From positions 1-38,651 of IMG/VR virus record IMGVR_UViG_3300017700_000457: a stretch of DNA of 38,651 nt. One strand, 5' to 3'. The DNA comes from a virus. Its lineage: Duplodnaviria > Caudoviricetes. The notes under the pieces were generated by a model. That model saw nothing but the letters and a program-made list of their open reading frames with translations, did no database searches and was not told the origin of the DNA. Below are positions 18,885 through 28,490 of this stretch, piece by piece. Each line of letters starts with the position of its first letter. Position 1 is the stretch's first letter. The position numbers and the translations under genes were made by a program.

Positions 18885-19121
18885 TTAAGCCTTCTCGATT
18901 TCAGAGGACAAGCGCTCATCCGACCAGCGCTTATCGACCTTGACGCCCTTTGCCGCCGCCAGATCAATCAGCGCCTGGCGGTCAATCACGGCATCGTGAC
19001 CGGCAACCGGCACATCGACCGGCGATTCATACCAACCCTTACCCAAGGCGGCGTGTGCAGCCTCATCAGGAACGATCTGCGCCCCGCTGGCGCTGTACAG
19101 CCACTTTGGGTAATAGATCAT
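18885..19121 (-). CDS. Small protein with C-terminal helix-extension-helix-like motif
   Basis: YPKWLY N-terminus; A..KGVKVDKRWS..RL motif; lies just after the capsid genes. Confidence 0.7.
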   Translation of the reverse strand: MIYYPKWLYSASGAQIVPDEAAHAALGKGWYESPVDVPVAGHDAVIDRQALIDLAAAKGVKVDKRWSDERLSSEIEKA

Positions 19122-19441
19122 GATGGCAGGCCGCCCACAGCGTCAGAATCCAAGCGAGCGACCATGATCTTGCACACGACGGCAGCAGCGTTGATAGCGC
19201 CGGCAGTCGGGTTGACGAACGTAACCGAGATGGTATTTGCCGCTTTGACGCGGTAGCCGGCGACACCGAGACCAGCCGTTGCGGTTTGCATCGCAAAGCT
19301 GAAAATGAAATCGCCAGGGAGCACGCCGGGAACAGTGAAATCCTGCTCTGCTGCGGTGATGGTTGCGACGCTTGCCGGGTCGAGCGTCAAACTGACCGCG
19401 TACAGCCCGGCAATGTTGCCGTCAATTACTGATGTAGACAT
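19118..19441 (-). CDS. Capsid decoration protein candidate
   Basis: Beta-rich DPASVA..T..EQ.FTV.G...GD motif; AGGAG SD; directly after the coat gene. Confidence 0.65.
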   Translation of the reverse strand: MSTSVIDGNIAGLYAVSLTLDPASVATITAAEQDFTVPGVLPGDFIFSFAMQTATAGLGVAGYRVKAANTISVTFVNPTAGAINAAAVVCKIMVARLDSDAVGGLPS

Positions 19442-19464
19442 AATGCTTCTCCTATTCGTTGGAG

Positions 19465-19485
19465 GTGGGGGCCGTAGCCCCCGCC
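19465..19485 (-). terminator. GC hairpin after the coat gene (stabiliser or weak terminator)
   Basis: GGCGGGGGC-tacg-GCCCCCACC stem; no clear U-tract. Confidence 0.45.
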
Positions 19486-19507
19486 ATTGCTACTTAGCCT
19501 ACTACAC

Positions 19508-20755
19508 TCACCCCGCGACCCTTACAGCCCACTCTGGCCTGAGCGCACCGTAGCCGGCCATCAAGTCGAAGCGGCTGATACGCTTGTTGTTGGTGATGTC
19601 GAAGCCGCGAACGAAGCGCAGGTTGACGCCTTCATAGGTGATCTGCTCGGCCATGTCCATGCCGTTTGGCACGTCCATTGCGACCGTGACCATGGTGAAC
19701 GCGTCCTTGTGGAAAATCATGTTCTGCGGGTAGGCAGTCGATGCGGTTCCGGTCAGGACGGTGACGGCTGCGTTATCGGCAGGCAGGCCCGACACGTTCT
19801 GGTAAGCACCGGCTGCGATGATTGCAGGCGACAGAATCAGCGTACCGGCGCCGCCAGCGGTCGAGGACACATCAGCGGTGACGACGAACTGTTTCAGGTT
19901 CGACAGGACGTTTTTGTTTTCCAGGTTGACCGCGAACACGCCGGCCAGGGTGATAACGTCGCCTTTCTTGAGGCGGGCCGCAGCAGCAGCAGTCCAGCCT
20001 TTGGTGAGCAGCGAAGTAGTGGCCGCGTACGGGTTTTCCGTGATAACCGCAGTCGTGGTGCCTTGGTTGGCGCCGTCAACCAGCGGAGTACCGCCCAGCG
20101 GGCCGACAGTGTGCGTTGGCACGTTCTGCGACATCTGGAAGTCCAGGCCCAGGTTAGTTGCCAGCAGGCCGGTTTTGGTCTGCTTGCCGATCACGCCGCC
20201 GTCGTTGAGCAGACCCTTCAAGCCATCAACCATGTAAGCCATCGCCAGCGGGTTCAGCGCAGCAACGCGGAAGCCGTCGCGCGGGCAGGAGCAGTCATCC
20301 AGGATGGCGGCAGCCTTGAGCATGGCCAGCGCGGTCGATGGCGTGGTGCCAGGGGTGCCGGAGAAGTTTGCCACCGACTGGTAGAAGCGGGTAGCGATGC
20401 GGGTATCGAGTTCGGTGGCCAGGCGGGTGCCGGCCGGCTTCATGTAGCGTTTGCTGAACTCGTCAACCGACAGGGTGCGGTCGAACTCGGTGAAGTCGAA
20501 GTCGATGCCGAATTCAGGCTCAACCGTGACGGCGACGCTGGTTTCGTTCACGTCTTGCAGCGACGCCGTGGCGCCGTCACGCACGCGGAACTGCACAGGG
20601 CGGCGTGGGTAGACGGTCGCGCCGGCCTTCATGCCCTTCTTGGCGAATTCGTCGTTGAACTCGGTGTTGATGTGGCCCAGGAACGCCGATTCGTTATGCA
20701 GAATCTGCATAGTCTTGTTCAGGATGATGGTGCTAGTGATGAGATTGTCAGCCAT
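19508..20755 (-). CDS. Major capsid protein (P22 coat family)
   Basis: 415 aa; GDVITLAGVFAVN...L.QFVV insertion domain, N..FHKDAF, R.D...G...LRPEWA; strong codon bias. Confidence 0.93.
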   Translation of the reverse strand: MADNLITSTIILNKTMQILHNESAFLGHINTEFNDEFAKKGMKAGATVYPRRPVQFRVRDGATASLQDVNETSVAVTVEPEFGIDFDFTEFDRTLSVDEFSKRYMKPAGTRLATELDTRIATRFYQSVANFSGTPGTTPSTALAMLKAAAILDDCSCPRDGFRVAALNPLAMAYMVDGLKGLLNDGGVIGKQTKTGLLATNLGLDFQMSQNVPTHTVGPLGGTPLVDGANQGTTTAVITENPYAATTSLLTKGWTAAAAARLKKGDVITLAGVFAVNLENKNVLSNLKQFVVTADVSSTAGGAGTLILSPAIIAAGAYQNVSGLPADNAAVTVLTGTASTAYPQNMIFHKDAFTMVTVAMDVPNGMDMAEQITYEGVNLRFVRGFDITNNKRISRFDLMAGYGALRPEWAVRVAG

Positions 20756-20763
20756 GATGTTTC

Positions 20764-21483
20764 CTATTTACGCCGTGCGGCGATTAATTTATCGTTCTCA
20801 AACTTGATCCAGGCCGCAGTATCTTTCGGGTCAGGCTCACGTGGTGCGCCCGTTGCCCCGGTGACCGGCGTTGCTGGTTTCGGTGCGTTCGATTGCTTTG
20901 GTTTTGCTTCAGCGCCCATTTCTTTTTCGATCTGGACGATGCGACGGATTTGTTTCGAGGGCGACAGTTCGGCAAGTTCGCCGGCCAGTTCGGGGTTGTC
21001 GGCAAGGTGCTGGATCAACTTGTGCGGCTCGTCTGCATCAAGAATCGCGGCCATGGTGCTGGTCGGCTTTCCCTTTGCATCGAACGGAGCGCCAATCTCA
21101 TCGACCAAGCCTTGAAAGGTCTTGGCAAAATCCTTGTTCGCTTTCACGCCCTTGTCGAATACCGCGTTGCAGTGCTGCTCAATCTGCTTCAGTTCCGCGA
21201 TTTCCCTTGCGCGCGTTTCCGCCCGCGTCTCGACTTCATCCTCCGTCAAGTGTTCTTTTTCGTCGTCGGCCTGCTGCTTTGGCGTCCGCAATTGGTCGTT
21301 CTCTGCCTTGAGCTGGTATTTCTCACGCGTCAAACGGTCAATCCGGCGTTGCAGTGCTTTGGCTGCTTTTTCGGCATCCTGTTGCACATTCTGGCCTTCG
21401 GCTTCGGGAGTCGTGGTCTCCGCAACTTCTTCCACTGTGTCAGCCGATACGTCCTCGGCAGTAGCTTGATACTCGCTCATCAT
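20764..21483 (-). CDS. Scaffolding protein
   Basis: Acidic N-terminus, QRRIDRLTREK coiled coil, S.AP.P..PV and basic C-terminus; between portal and coat. Confidence 0.85.
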   Translation of the reverse strand: MMSEYQATAEDVSADTVEEVAETTTPEAEGQNVQQDAEKAAKALQRRIDRLTREKYQLKAENDQLRTPKQQADDEKEHLTEDEVETRAETRAREIAELKQIEQHCNAVFDKGVKANKDFAKTFQGLVDEIGAPFDAKGKPTSTMAAILDADEPHKLIQHLADNPELAGELAELSPSKQIRRIVQIEKEMGAEAKPKQSNAPKPATPVTGATGAPREPDPKDTAAWIKFENDKLIAARRK

Positions 21484-21489
21484 TAGCCC

Positions 21490-23688
21490 TTAGCTAAAGT
21501 TAGGTTCATCGCCCAAGCCCGGCGAAGTGGGTTCTTGCATCTGTTCCATGCCCATTTCAGGCGGCATTTCCTGCATCTGTTCTGGCGGCATCATGCCCTG
21601 GTCCATCGGCATGCCAAGCTGTTCTTGCTGCTCGTGCATCTGCTCTTGCTCAGGCATTTCTTGCGGCTGGTGCAAAGGCGGCGCTTGCGTGGTCTGCTGC
21701 ATCAACTGCATGACCAGCAATTGCACCTGCTCAGGCGTCATCGCAGGATCAGGCGGCTTCAGCGCGGCAATGCGCTGTGTCTCGGCCTGGTACATGGCGA
21801 TATCGTTCTTCTGCCGGTTAATCTCGTTGTTCTCGTGGTCTTGGAACACCTTTGCCTGCTGAACATCAGCCGCTTGCGTAGCCTCTTGAAGCTGCTGCTT
21901 CATCTGCTCAATCTGCGATTTCAGGCTGGCGACGATTCCCTGCGCTTCTGGCGGGATGCTCGTATCTTCCTGCTCGATTGCCTGCACTTGAGGCGGGGCC
22001 ATGCTCATCAGAAGCTTGGCGATCTTCTCGGCATCCGGCCAATCCTGCATGCGCGCCCAGGATGGCCCCAACACGCTCATAAGCTCGGGCGACTTGCCGA
22101 CGATAGCGGTAAGTGCTTCGGACGCCTCTTGGCGCATCGTGGCGTAGGCTGGGCCGGTCTTGACGCGCACATCATACGTGCCATGCGACAAGTTGAATGT
22201 CGGCATCTTGGCCTGTGGCTTGCTGGCACCTTGCGGGTCAATCATCACCGTCTTTGCCTTGCCGTCCACGCCGAGAATGCGCATTGCTCGCTTTGTGTCG
22301 ATGTACTTCGGGATCATGTTGACCAGAATGCGGGCTACTTGCTCGATACCGCGCCCCTGGTTATCCACATAGTGATACGTGGCCGTGTCGCCCTCGCGCT
22401 GGTCCTGCATCTTGGCGCGGCCCGATGTTGCATTGCTTGGTGCGCCCAGGTTCGATTTGTACATGCCAATTGCTGCCTGCATGTCGTCGGAGGCCATCTG
22501 CGCCGATTGAATGAACGCGGCGGGTATCTGTGGAGGCGCAAGGCGTTGCGGCGCTGGCAATGGCCGGCCGCTGTCGTCCAGTGCGTTGTATGGCAGGTAG
22601 GCTTGATTCGACGTGTTCGCCGATGCCCATTGCGTTTCGAAGTTCTCCACCGACTCAAACGGCAGGATGAACGGCGATTTAGGCTGAAGCGCGATCATTT
22701 CAATCTGTGCGCTGCGCTCGTAGTTCTTGGCGCGCTGGCCGTCCATGAGTTGCCGGGTCAGGCCGCACACGTAGCGCTTGCCGTCGATCCACAGCACGTT
22801 GCCGTAGACAGGGACGATAGGCAACCACTCCGACAACACTTCGGTTTCTTCCAGGATATCGGAGCCAGTCATCAGGCACCAGTCGAACGAACGCGTTGCA
22901 AGCTGGTACTGCGCCGTGACCATCGGCTGATAGCCTTCGGACTGCGCGAACTTCCAATACTCATCCTCGCCCAGCGTGAGCGTGTCACCGTTCGGCAGTT
23001 CGATATCGAGGCGGTTGGTCTTGACGGTGCGCAGCTTGTAGTACTCGCACACACGAATAGTGCGGTCAGTCTCCCATGCGCCGCTCTTGTGCTCCCATGA
23101 GGTCTGCGCCTTGCGTTTGCCATACTTGCGCTCGAAGGCTGTCACAGACATTATTGTCTCAACAAACCCATCGGTTGCATCGCTGCCGTTCGGCTCGAAT
23201 GACTCGGGCGAAATGGTGATCGATAGCGGGTCATGCACAGCCTTGATCAGCAATTGCTGCTCGTTCAGAGCAGGATTGACAATTTCTGTCACTACACGCA
23301 TCCAGCCTTGGCCGCATCGGGCCGCGTGCTCGATTGCCGTATCGTAGGCAATCCCAGCACGTGAGGCGTATTCAATCTGGCGTATAGCGCCCTCGTAGAC
23401 TTCGGCGGTCTGGATATCAGCGCCGGAATCTACTGGAAGGCACTGGATGCCCGGCTTGTTCTGCCTGGCGTCGTTGACTACCTGATTGACGTATTGGTTT
23501 GTGTGGTCGAATGTGAGCGTCGGGCGCCCTGCAAGCGTGCGTGCGGTGCGGACAGCATCATCCCACTGCTGCGGGTCAGACGGGTTGGAAAAGCGCAGGT
23601 CTTCCAGCATCCGGCGACGCTGTTCCGAGAAGTGGTCGCTGAAATCCTGAAACCGTTCCCTGTTCGCCTGGAGCTTGTCCTGTGGCAT
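21490..23688 (-). CDS. Portal protein (P22-like)
   Basis: 732 aa; QW...R...GRP.LT, SG.A...Q..GD, G.YDV.V.TGP.Y.T.RQE motifs; Gln-rich barrel tail. Confidence 0.93.
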   Translation of the reverse strand: MPQDKLQANRERFQDFSDHFSEQRRRMLEDLRFSNPSDPQQWDDAVRTARTLAGRPTLTFDHTNQYVNQVVNDARQNKPGIQCLPVDSGADIQTAEVYEGAIRQIEYASRAGIAYDTAIEHAARCGQGWMRVVTEIVNPALNEQQLLIKAVHDPLSITISPESFEPNGSDATDGFVETIMSVTAFERKYGKRKAQTSWEHKSGAWETDRTIRVCEYYKLRTVKTNRLDIELPNGDTLTLGEDEYWKFAQSEGYQPMVTAQYQLATRSFDWCLMTGSDILEETEVLSEWLPIVPVYGNVLWIDGKRYVCGLTRQLMDGQRAKNYERSAQIEMIALQPKSPFILPFESVENFETQWASANTSNQAYLPYNALDDSGRPLPAPQRLAPPQIPAAFIQSAQMASDDMQAAIGMYKSNLGAPSNATSGRAKMQDQREGDTATYHYVDNQGRGIEQVARILVNMIPKYIDTKRAMRILGVDGKAKTVMIDPQGASKPQAKMPTFNLSHGTYDVRVKTGPAYATMRQEASEALTAIVGKSPELMSVLGPSWARMQDWPDAEKIAKLLMSMAPPQVQAIEQEDTSIPPEAQGIVASLKSQIEQMKQQLQEATQAADVQQAKVFQDHENNEINRQKNDIAMYQAETQRIAALKPPDPAMTPEQVQLLVMQLMQQTTQAPPLHQPQEMPEQEQMHEQQEQLGMPMDQGMMPPEQMQEMPPEMGMEQMQEPTSPGLGDEPNFS

Positions 23689-23691
23689 CGA

Positions 23692-23967
23692 TTAGGCCAC
23701 GTAGGTGATATTGGCCTTGGCGCTGGCGGTTTCTTCGATCAGGCGCAGCTTCGACAGTTCACCGTCGTAGTACAGCGTGTCTCCAACGACCAAGCGCATA
23801 CCAATTGCGGCAGTTGGGGCCGTACCATCATCGCGCCACCGGATAGCCTGCGTCTCGGCGTGGATGATTGCGGCTCGCGCATTGACAGGCACGGTGAGCA
23901 GTTGGGCGGTGGTCAGTACCGCGATCTGCTGAAAACCGCAATTCGTTGTTTTCTCTTTGACAGCCAT
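23692..23967 (-). CDS. Small beta-rich protein (RWRDDG.APTA..G), possibly virion-associated
   Basis: Start reassigned to ATG 23967 after GGGG; lies between terL and portal. Confidence 0.7.
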   Translation of the reverse strand: MAVKEKTTNCGFQQIAVLTTAQLLTVPVNARAAIIHAETQAIRWRDDGTAPTAAIGMRLVVGDTLYYDGELSKLRLIEETASAKANITYVA

Positions 23968-23995
23968 CGCGCACCCCATATATCAATATGAGGCG

Positions 23996-24023
23996 ATTAT
24001 ACCTGTTTCTTATGACTAATCAA
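23996..24023 (-). promoter_or_regulatory. Sigma70-like promoter for the head operon
   Basis: TTGATT-N16-TATAAT in an AT-rich gap between terL and the portal block. Confidence 0.6.
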
Positions 24024-24055
24024 TCGTTGTGCTATTTCTTTATTACTTTAGCGTC

Positions 24056-25321
24056 TTATCCTGCCATCCAACTACCAGATTGCGGCATATCGTCACTCTT
24101 TGGCGCCTTCTTCTTTGGCTCCTTGATGGCAACGGCGAAGTATCGGAACGCGTCGGCACCGTGCGAAGCCCAATCGTGTAACGGCTGAGTGCTGTATTGC
24201 TGTGTGTCCGGGTCAACGTCATAGCGGTAGTTGCGCAAGCACTGGATACCATCGGCGCACTTCTCGAGGTCAAACCAGCAATTGGCGAAGATCGTCCGCG
24301 CGGCGTTGATGCCTACCGCGATGCTTGTCTTTGGCGTGATACGCACCTTGAACCCTGCGGCTCGAGCCTGCTGAGCAATCGTGCGCTCGCTGGCCAATAG
24401 CTCGTTGTCGGCGTCGTGCGGCAGCCAGGTATCGCCATAGATGTATGGCCGGCGCTGCAACTCTTTCATGTAGTGCCCGAGCGCGTGGCCCTGGTTCTCG
24501 TAATAGTCGATGACGCGGTATTCGAAGCCTACCTGTTGAATGAACCAGATAGCCGTCTTGTCCGCGCGCCCCAAGTCCCAAAACGTATGAACCGGCTTGC
24601 TTTCCTCGTACGGAACACGCGTAAAGCGGTTGCCAGTAGTCGCAGCGCGCACCTCATTAGCATAGATAGCACCGTCAAGCGTCTGCTTGCAATGCCCCTC
24701 CCACACGGTCAGGTAGGCGTCGTAATCCTTGGCCTTGAGGTCTTCCATCTCCTGCTTGAGCACATCGGGGAACCATGGGTTATCCGACCAGTTGATCTTG
24801 CTCACAATGGAGTTGCTAGGTGGCTTGACGACGAAGCGCTGATAGGTCTCGTCCGCCTCAAGCGACGGATTGAAGCTGATCCAGATTTCCGAGCCACCCT
24901 TACGGATCGTCGGTATCAGCGTGTCCCAGCTGGTCTTGCTCACGGTCTGCGCTTCTTCGACCCAGCAGATATCCGTGCCCTCGACAGACTTGATGTTTGC
25001 GATGTTGTGTTTCAGCCCATGGAACGTGAATTCAGTCCCATTGCGGCCCTTGATGACGTACTGCTGCACCTCATAGAACGAATCCAGCCCGAGCGCGCTT
25101 ATCTGGTCCTTGAGCAACTTGTGTACCGACTGCGCGATAGAAGTCTGCATTTCCCGAGCGCACAGCACGCGGAGCGGCTTTGATGCCCCAATCGTCAAAA
25201 GGGCGCGGGCAATGCCCCATGACTTGGAGCCGCCGCGCCCACCGTGCAGAATCTTGTAGCGCATTGGCTCGAACAGGAAAGCCAGCGCCTCGGGGAAATG
25301 GATTTCGCTCTCAACCTGCAT
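24056..25321 (-). CDS. terL: Terminase large subunit (PBSX-type)
   Basis: Walker A GGRGGSKS, Walker B WVEEA, SFNP coupling motif, nuclease WDLG..D and H.ADAFRY. Confidence 0.96.
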   Translation of the reverse strand: MQVESEIHFPEALAFLFEPMRYKILHGGRGGSKSWGIARALLTIGASKPLRVLCAREMQTSIAQSVHKLLKDQISALGLDSFYEVQQYVIKGRNGTEFTFHGLKHNIANIKSVEGTDICWVEEAQTVSKTSWDTLIPTIRKGGSEIWISFNPSLEADETYQRFVVKPPSNSIVSKINWSDNPWFPDVLKQEMEDLKAKDYDAYLTVWEGHCKQTLDGAIYANEVRAATTGNRFTRVPYEESKPVHTFWDLGRADKTAIWFIQQVGFEYRVIDYYENQGHALGHYMKELQRRPYIYGDTWLPHDADNELLASERTIAQQARAAGFKVRITPKTSIAVGINAARTIFANCWFDLEKCADGIQCLRNYRYDVDPDTQQYSTQPLHDWASHGADAFRYFAVAIKEPKKKAPKSDDMPQSGSWMAG

Positions 25322-25601
25322 TGGGCTTGACGAACTTTAGCTTGAGGCTCAGTTCCAGCGGCCCGCCTCCCTCGCCTGTCACTTGCAGCGGCAAGAGCTT
25401 CGGATAGATCGTGCCCCAGAATACGCGCTCGTTCTGCGGGTCTTCCTGCGCCCAAGCCGTCAAACGGTCGGCGCCACCCAATGCCTGCGCGGCTGCTGCA
25501 ATCGCGTCCTTGGCCGTCTGCGTGAGCTTATTGGGCACGCCCTTAGGTCTGCCTGGTGAAATTGGCATAACCTTTTTGGGCCTTTGTTTTTCGTTACCCA
25601 T
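25311..25601 (-). CDS. terS: Terminase small subunit
   Basis: GRPKG.PNK.T motif, KLLPLQVTG..GGP; overlaps the terL start. Confidence 0.8.
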   Translation of the reverse strand: MGNEKQRPKKVMPISPGRPKGVPNKLTQTAKDAIAAAAQALGGADRLTAWAQEDPQNERVFWGTIYPKLLPLQVTGEGGGPLELSLKLKFVKPNAG

Positions 25602-25603
25602 GA

Positions 25604-25798
25604 TTAAAGCGCAACAGTCGTCATTGGCTGGCTAAACTTCAGGCAGTGTGCGATACGAAACTCGCCTTCCATCGCGCCGGAGGTTAAAACATCCTCCCTT
25701 AGCTTTGCTGCGTCACCCCTTGCGGCCTGAGTGTCCATCCGCATGAAAGGGTTGCAAAGACGCTCCATTTCCTTTTCTATGATTCGTGCTGTGATCAT
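25604..25798 (-). CDS. Hypothetical protein
   Basis: GAGG SD; fills the gap before terS. Confidence 0.55.
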   Translation of the reverse strand: MITARIIEKEMERLCNPFMRMDTQAARGDAAKLREDVLTSGAMEGEFRIAHCLKFSQPMTTVAL

Positions 25799-25864
25799 TT
25801 TGTTACCTCATGCGTCTAGCGCAAGTTAAACATGCCATCCGGGCAAGTGCGGTTTGTTGCTATC

Positions 25865-26185
25865 TTACACGTTCACCGTAAAGCTTGCGATATCCGACAC
25901 CAAGTGCAGTGGCGGGACCGATGCGGTGTTGTCGAACGTCAGGCGCGCCGTGTACTGTCCTGCTTGGCTCAGGTCGCCTGACTGAAAATAGTATTTCGCG
26001 TACTCGCTCGCCGCGAACGTGCCCAGGCTGGTAACGAGCGGCGTGGCCGGCGCGGTAACGTCTGCCCCTGTCCTGGTGATCGTCGTCGCATCCGGTCGCG
26101 TGATGTTCAACGTCAATGTTGTGAACGCGCTAATGTTATAGCTGACGTTCAGGTTAAAGGCAATTCCGTATTCGCCGACGTTCAT
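25865..26185 (-). CDS. Ig-like (BppU N-terminal-like) beta protein
   Basis: RPD.T...Y.FQ.GDL.QAG.Y pattern. Confidence 0.6.
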   Translation of the reverse strand: MNVGEYGIAFNLNVSYNISAFTTLTLNITRPDATTITRTGADVTAPATPLVTSLGTFAASEYAKYYFQSGDLSQAGQYTARLTFDNTASVPPLHLVSDIASFTVNV

Positions 26186-27417
26186 AGCATCCCCGCTGTT
26201 AGATTAGTTGCTGTATCCCGCATAGTACCAGCAGAGTTAGCGGCGATTGACCGCATGATGGTTGCTTGGCTCTCTGCTGCACTCATCGTGCCGCCTAAGG
26301 CCGCTGTGGTGGCGCTCAGGGCTGCTACTGACGCGCTGGTCACTGATGCGCGCATGATGGTTGATGCGTATTCGTTTGCCGTGCTCGGGATGCCTTGCGT
26401 GATCGTTGGGGCATACCCGGTAATCGTGATGCTTCCCGACCCTGGCAATATCTCTTGCTGCGTCGTTTGCGCGATGGTCGGCGCGTAGCCGGTCAGTACA
26501 ATCGAGCCAGCACCTGGCGCAATGGACTGGTTGGCTGTTTGTGCCACCGTTGGCGCATAGCCGGTGATCGCCACACTTCCAACGCCTGGCTCTATCGACT
26601 GATTCGCCGTTTGCGTGATGCTTGGCGCATAGCCTGTAATTGCAATGCTTCCTGCGTCCGGGTTGACCTGGGTGTCCGTTGCTCCACTAGCCGTGTCACC
26701 GACATACAGCGCTTGCTGCGAGCGGAATACCTGCCACGGGTTCGCCGCAAGCGATGCGATTTCCTGATCGCCAAGCGCGCGATTGTGTATCAGCACAAGG
26801 CCCGTTGCGCCGTTCCAACCCAGCGAAAAAGTACTCCGAAGTAGGCCGCCGACAGCAAGACGGTCAAATGTTGTTGCGCTGGCGGTGCCCACGGCGACAC
26901 TGCCGCTCAAAATGCCAGCGGCGTAAGCACGTTGAAAGCCGGCAGCTTGTGAGCGCGTCCCTGTAACAACGCAAGGCGCGCCATTCGCCCACGCTGCGAC
27001 TAGCGTTGTTGCTGACGTTGGAGAGTCAACACCAGCAATATCGCGCGTGCGAAATTGCACATAGTTGGCAGTCCCATGCTGACCCAATATAAATAATGGA
27101 TTACCGCTGGCGACTTGACCGCAGCTCATGGCGGTTGTCCCACGTGTTGCTGTTTTGACCGGCGTTAGAAGGGCAGTGGTCGCGCCCTTGTCGCGGCTGA
27201 ACAGCGGCGCGGAGTTACTATAAGCGTAGGTCGTTCCGTTGGTGGCAAGATTGACGCCCTGCGGCCCTGCGCCACGGGTTGGCACTCCCGACTTTAGCAG
27301 TACGTCAGAAGTTGGCACCCACGCAAATACCAGCCCCCGCGTGACCGGGTTCGACCAGTCAATAAGCGGCGACTGTTGCGGCTGGCGCGCTCGCCTGCTT
27401 GGCAGTAGCATCGCCAC
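26182..27417 (-). CDS. Fibre-like protein: LamG/ConA-like domain plus four 24-aa repeats
   Basis: IDWSNP.TRGL...; IHNRAL...EI.SL..NPWQ; repeats PG.GSI.ITGYAPT..QT. Confidence 0.7.
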   Translation of the reverse strand: MAMLLPSRRARQPQQSPLIDWSNPVTRGLVFAWVPTSDVLLKSGVPTRGAGPQGVNLATNGTTYAYSNSAPLFSRDKGATTALLTPVKTATRGTTAMSCGQVASGNPLFILGQHGTANYVQFRTRDIAGVDSPTSATTLVAAWANGAPCVVTGTRSQAAGFQRAYAAGILSGSVAVGTASATTFDRLAVGGLLRSTFSLGWNGATGLVLIHNRALGDQEIASLAANPWQVFRSQQALYVGDTASGATDTQVNPDAGSIAITGYAPSITQTANQSIEPGVGSVAITGYAPTVAQTANQSIAPGAGSIVLTGYAPTIAQTTQQEILPGSGSITITGYAPTITQGIPSTANEYASTIMRASVTSASVAALSATTAALGGTMSAAESQATIMRSIAANSAGTMRDTATNLTAGML

Positions 27418-27420
27418 GCT

Positions 27421-27942
27421 TTACACCGTCTGCGCCTGGATGCGCTCGTACTCGATCACGTGATTGCCGCCCGTCGCATTGAGCGCAACAGCGGTGTTGT
27501 GCACGATGAATAATCCCCAAAACTTGGGCATGGCCCCGAACAGGCTGGCAATCGATACCGGGGCGAAGTAGTAGGCCCGCGCCGTGGTAGCGTCCACTGT
27601 CAGCGATGCTACCAAGCGCAACATGCCATTCTTTACGTTGGAACTTGTCAGCGTTTCAGCAGAATCGGTGCCGTCCAACACATCGGGGTAGCTTGGCGTT
27701 CCGCTGGCGGTCTTCCATGATGCGTAGGCCCACACTTCGATGCGTGTGCTTACAGTTGGCGTGGTGCCGGTGGTGATCATGCCCGATACAAGGTGGTCGA
27801 TATCGAGATTGGCGGTGTTGTCAACCGCTGCCAACTCCCAGCCGGACAGCAGCGTGGTATCCGACGCGAGCGAAGCAATACCCGTCGCGGTGATAGCAAC
27901 ACTGCTTGTGCTCGGGTATTTGGTTTTGATATCGCTAGCCAT
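27421..27942 (-). CDS. Thr/Ala-rich jelly-roll-like protein
   Basis: 173 aa, beta-rich; TAATG coupling. Confidence 0.7.
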   Translation of the reverse strand: MASDIKTKYPSTSSVAITATGIASLASDTTLLSGWELAAVDNTANLDIDHLVSGMITTGTTPTVSTRIEVWAYASWKTASGTPSYPDVLDGTDSAETLTSSNVKNGMLRLVASLTVDATTARAYYFAPVSIASLFGAMPKFWGLFIVHNTAVALNATGGNHVIEYERIQAQTV

Positions 27943-28490
27943 TACAGCTCCCGCGCATCTTGAATGTCAACATACGTCAACTGCCCCTCGAAGCCGAGAT
28001 TGCCAGGGCTTCCCGCAGTGCCGGTTCCAGAGGTGATCAGTGCCTTTTCTGCGCGCGTGGCATTGCGCTGCATCGCAGTCTGAACGGAAGCCCAGCCACC
28101 AGAGCGCGAGACGCCGCCCACACCGGACGGCAGGCTGGTCAGTGCGTCTTGCAGTCCCGCACGAATGCTGGCTTTGTTCGAACTAATCGATTCGCGGCCG
28201 GCCAGTATCGTTTGCAGGTTGAACTGCTTACCCTGGCAAGCCAGCGCGCGATTGGTCCACAGTGTGGTGCCGTCCGGCGCATCGGCTGGCGTCATGTTCG
28301 TCCAGCTTACGGCGTCGAAAATGACCTGCGCCGATGTGCTGGACTGCCACACGATAAAAGCAGGGTTAGCCGGTGCATTGAGCGCGGTCGCGATGGCATC
28401 GGCGCCGCTGCTGGTCTGCGGCATGCTGCTGAGTGCTGGGTCAGCATCGATAGCGGCGCGGATCAGGACCAGCTGAGATGGTGTAGGCAT
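27942..28490 (-). CDS. Hypothetical protein (MPTPSQLVLIRAAIDADP...)
   Basis: Start reassigned to ATG 28490 (TAATG overlap, GGGAG SD). Confidence 0.75.
   Translation of the reverse strand: MPTPSQLVLIRAAIDADPALSSMPQTSSGADAIATALNAPANPAFIVWQSSTSAQVIFDAVSWTNMTPADAPDGTTLWTNRALACQGKQFNLQTILAGRESISSNKASIRAGLQDALTSLPSGVGGVSRSGGWASVQTAMQRNATRAEKALITSGTGTAGSPGNLGFEGQLTYVDIQDAREL

Noticed and set aside
19487-23100. Long plus-strand ORFs (542 aa and 521 aa)
   Set aside because: Antisense shadows of the codon-biased coat, scaffold and portal genes; no SD or protein-like motifs.
24027-24038. GAAATA(G/A)CACA shared upstream of two putative late promoters (also about 29322-29333, minus strand)
   Set aside because: Only two copies, at different distances from the -35 boxes; too weak to call an activator site.
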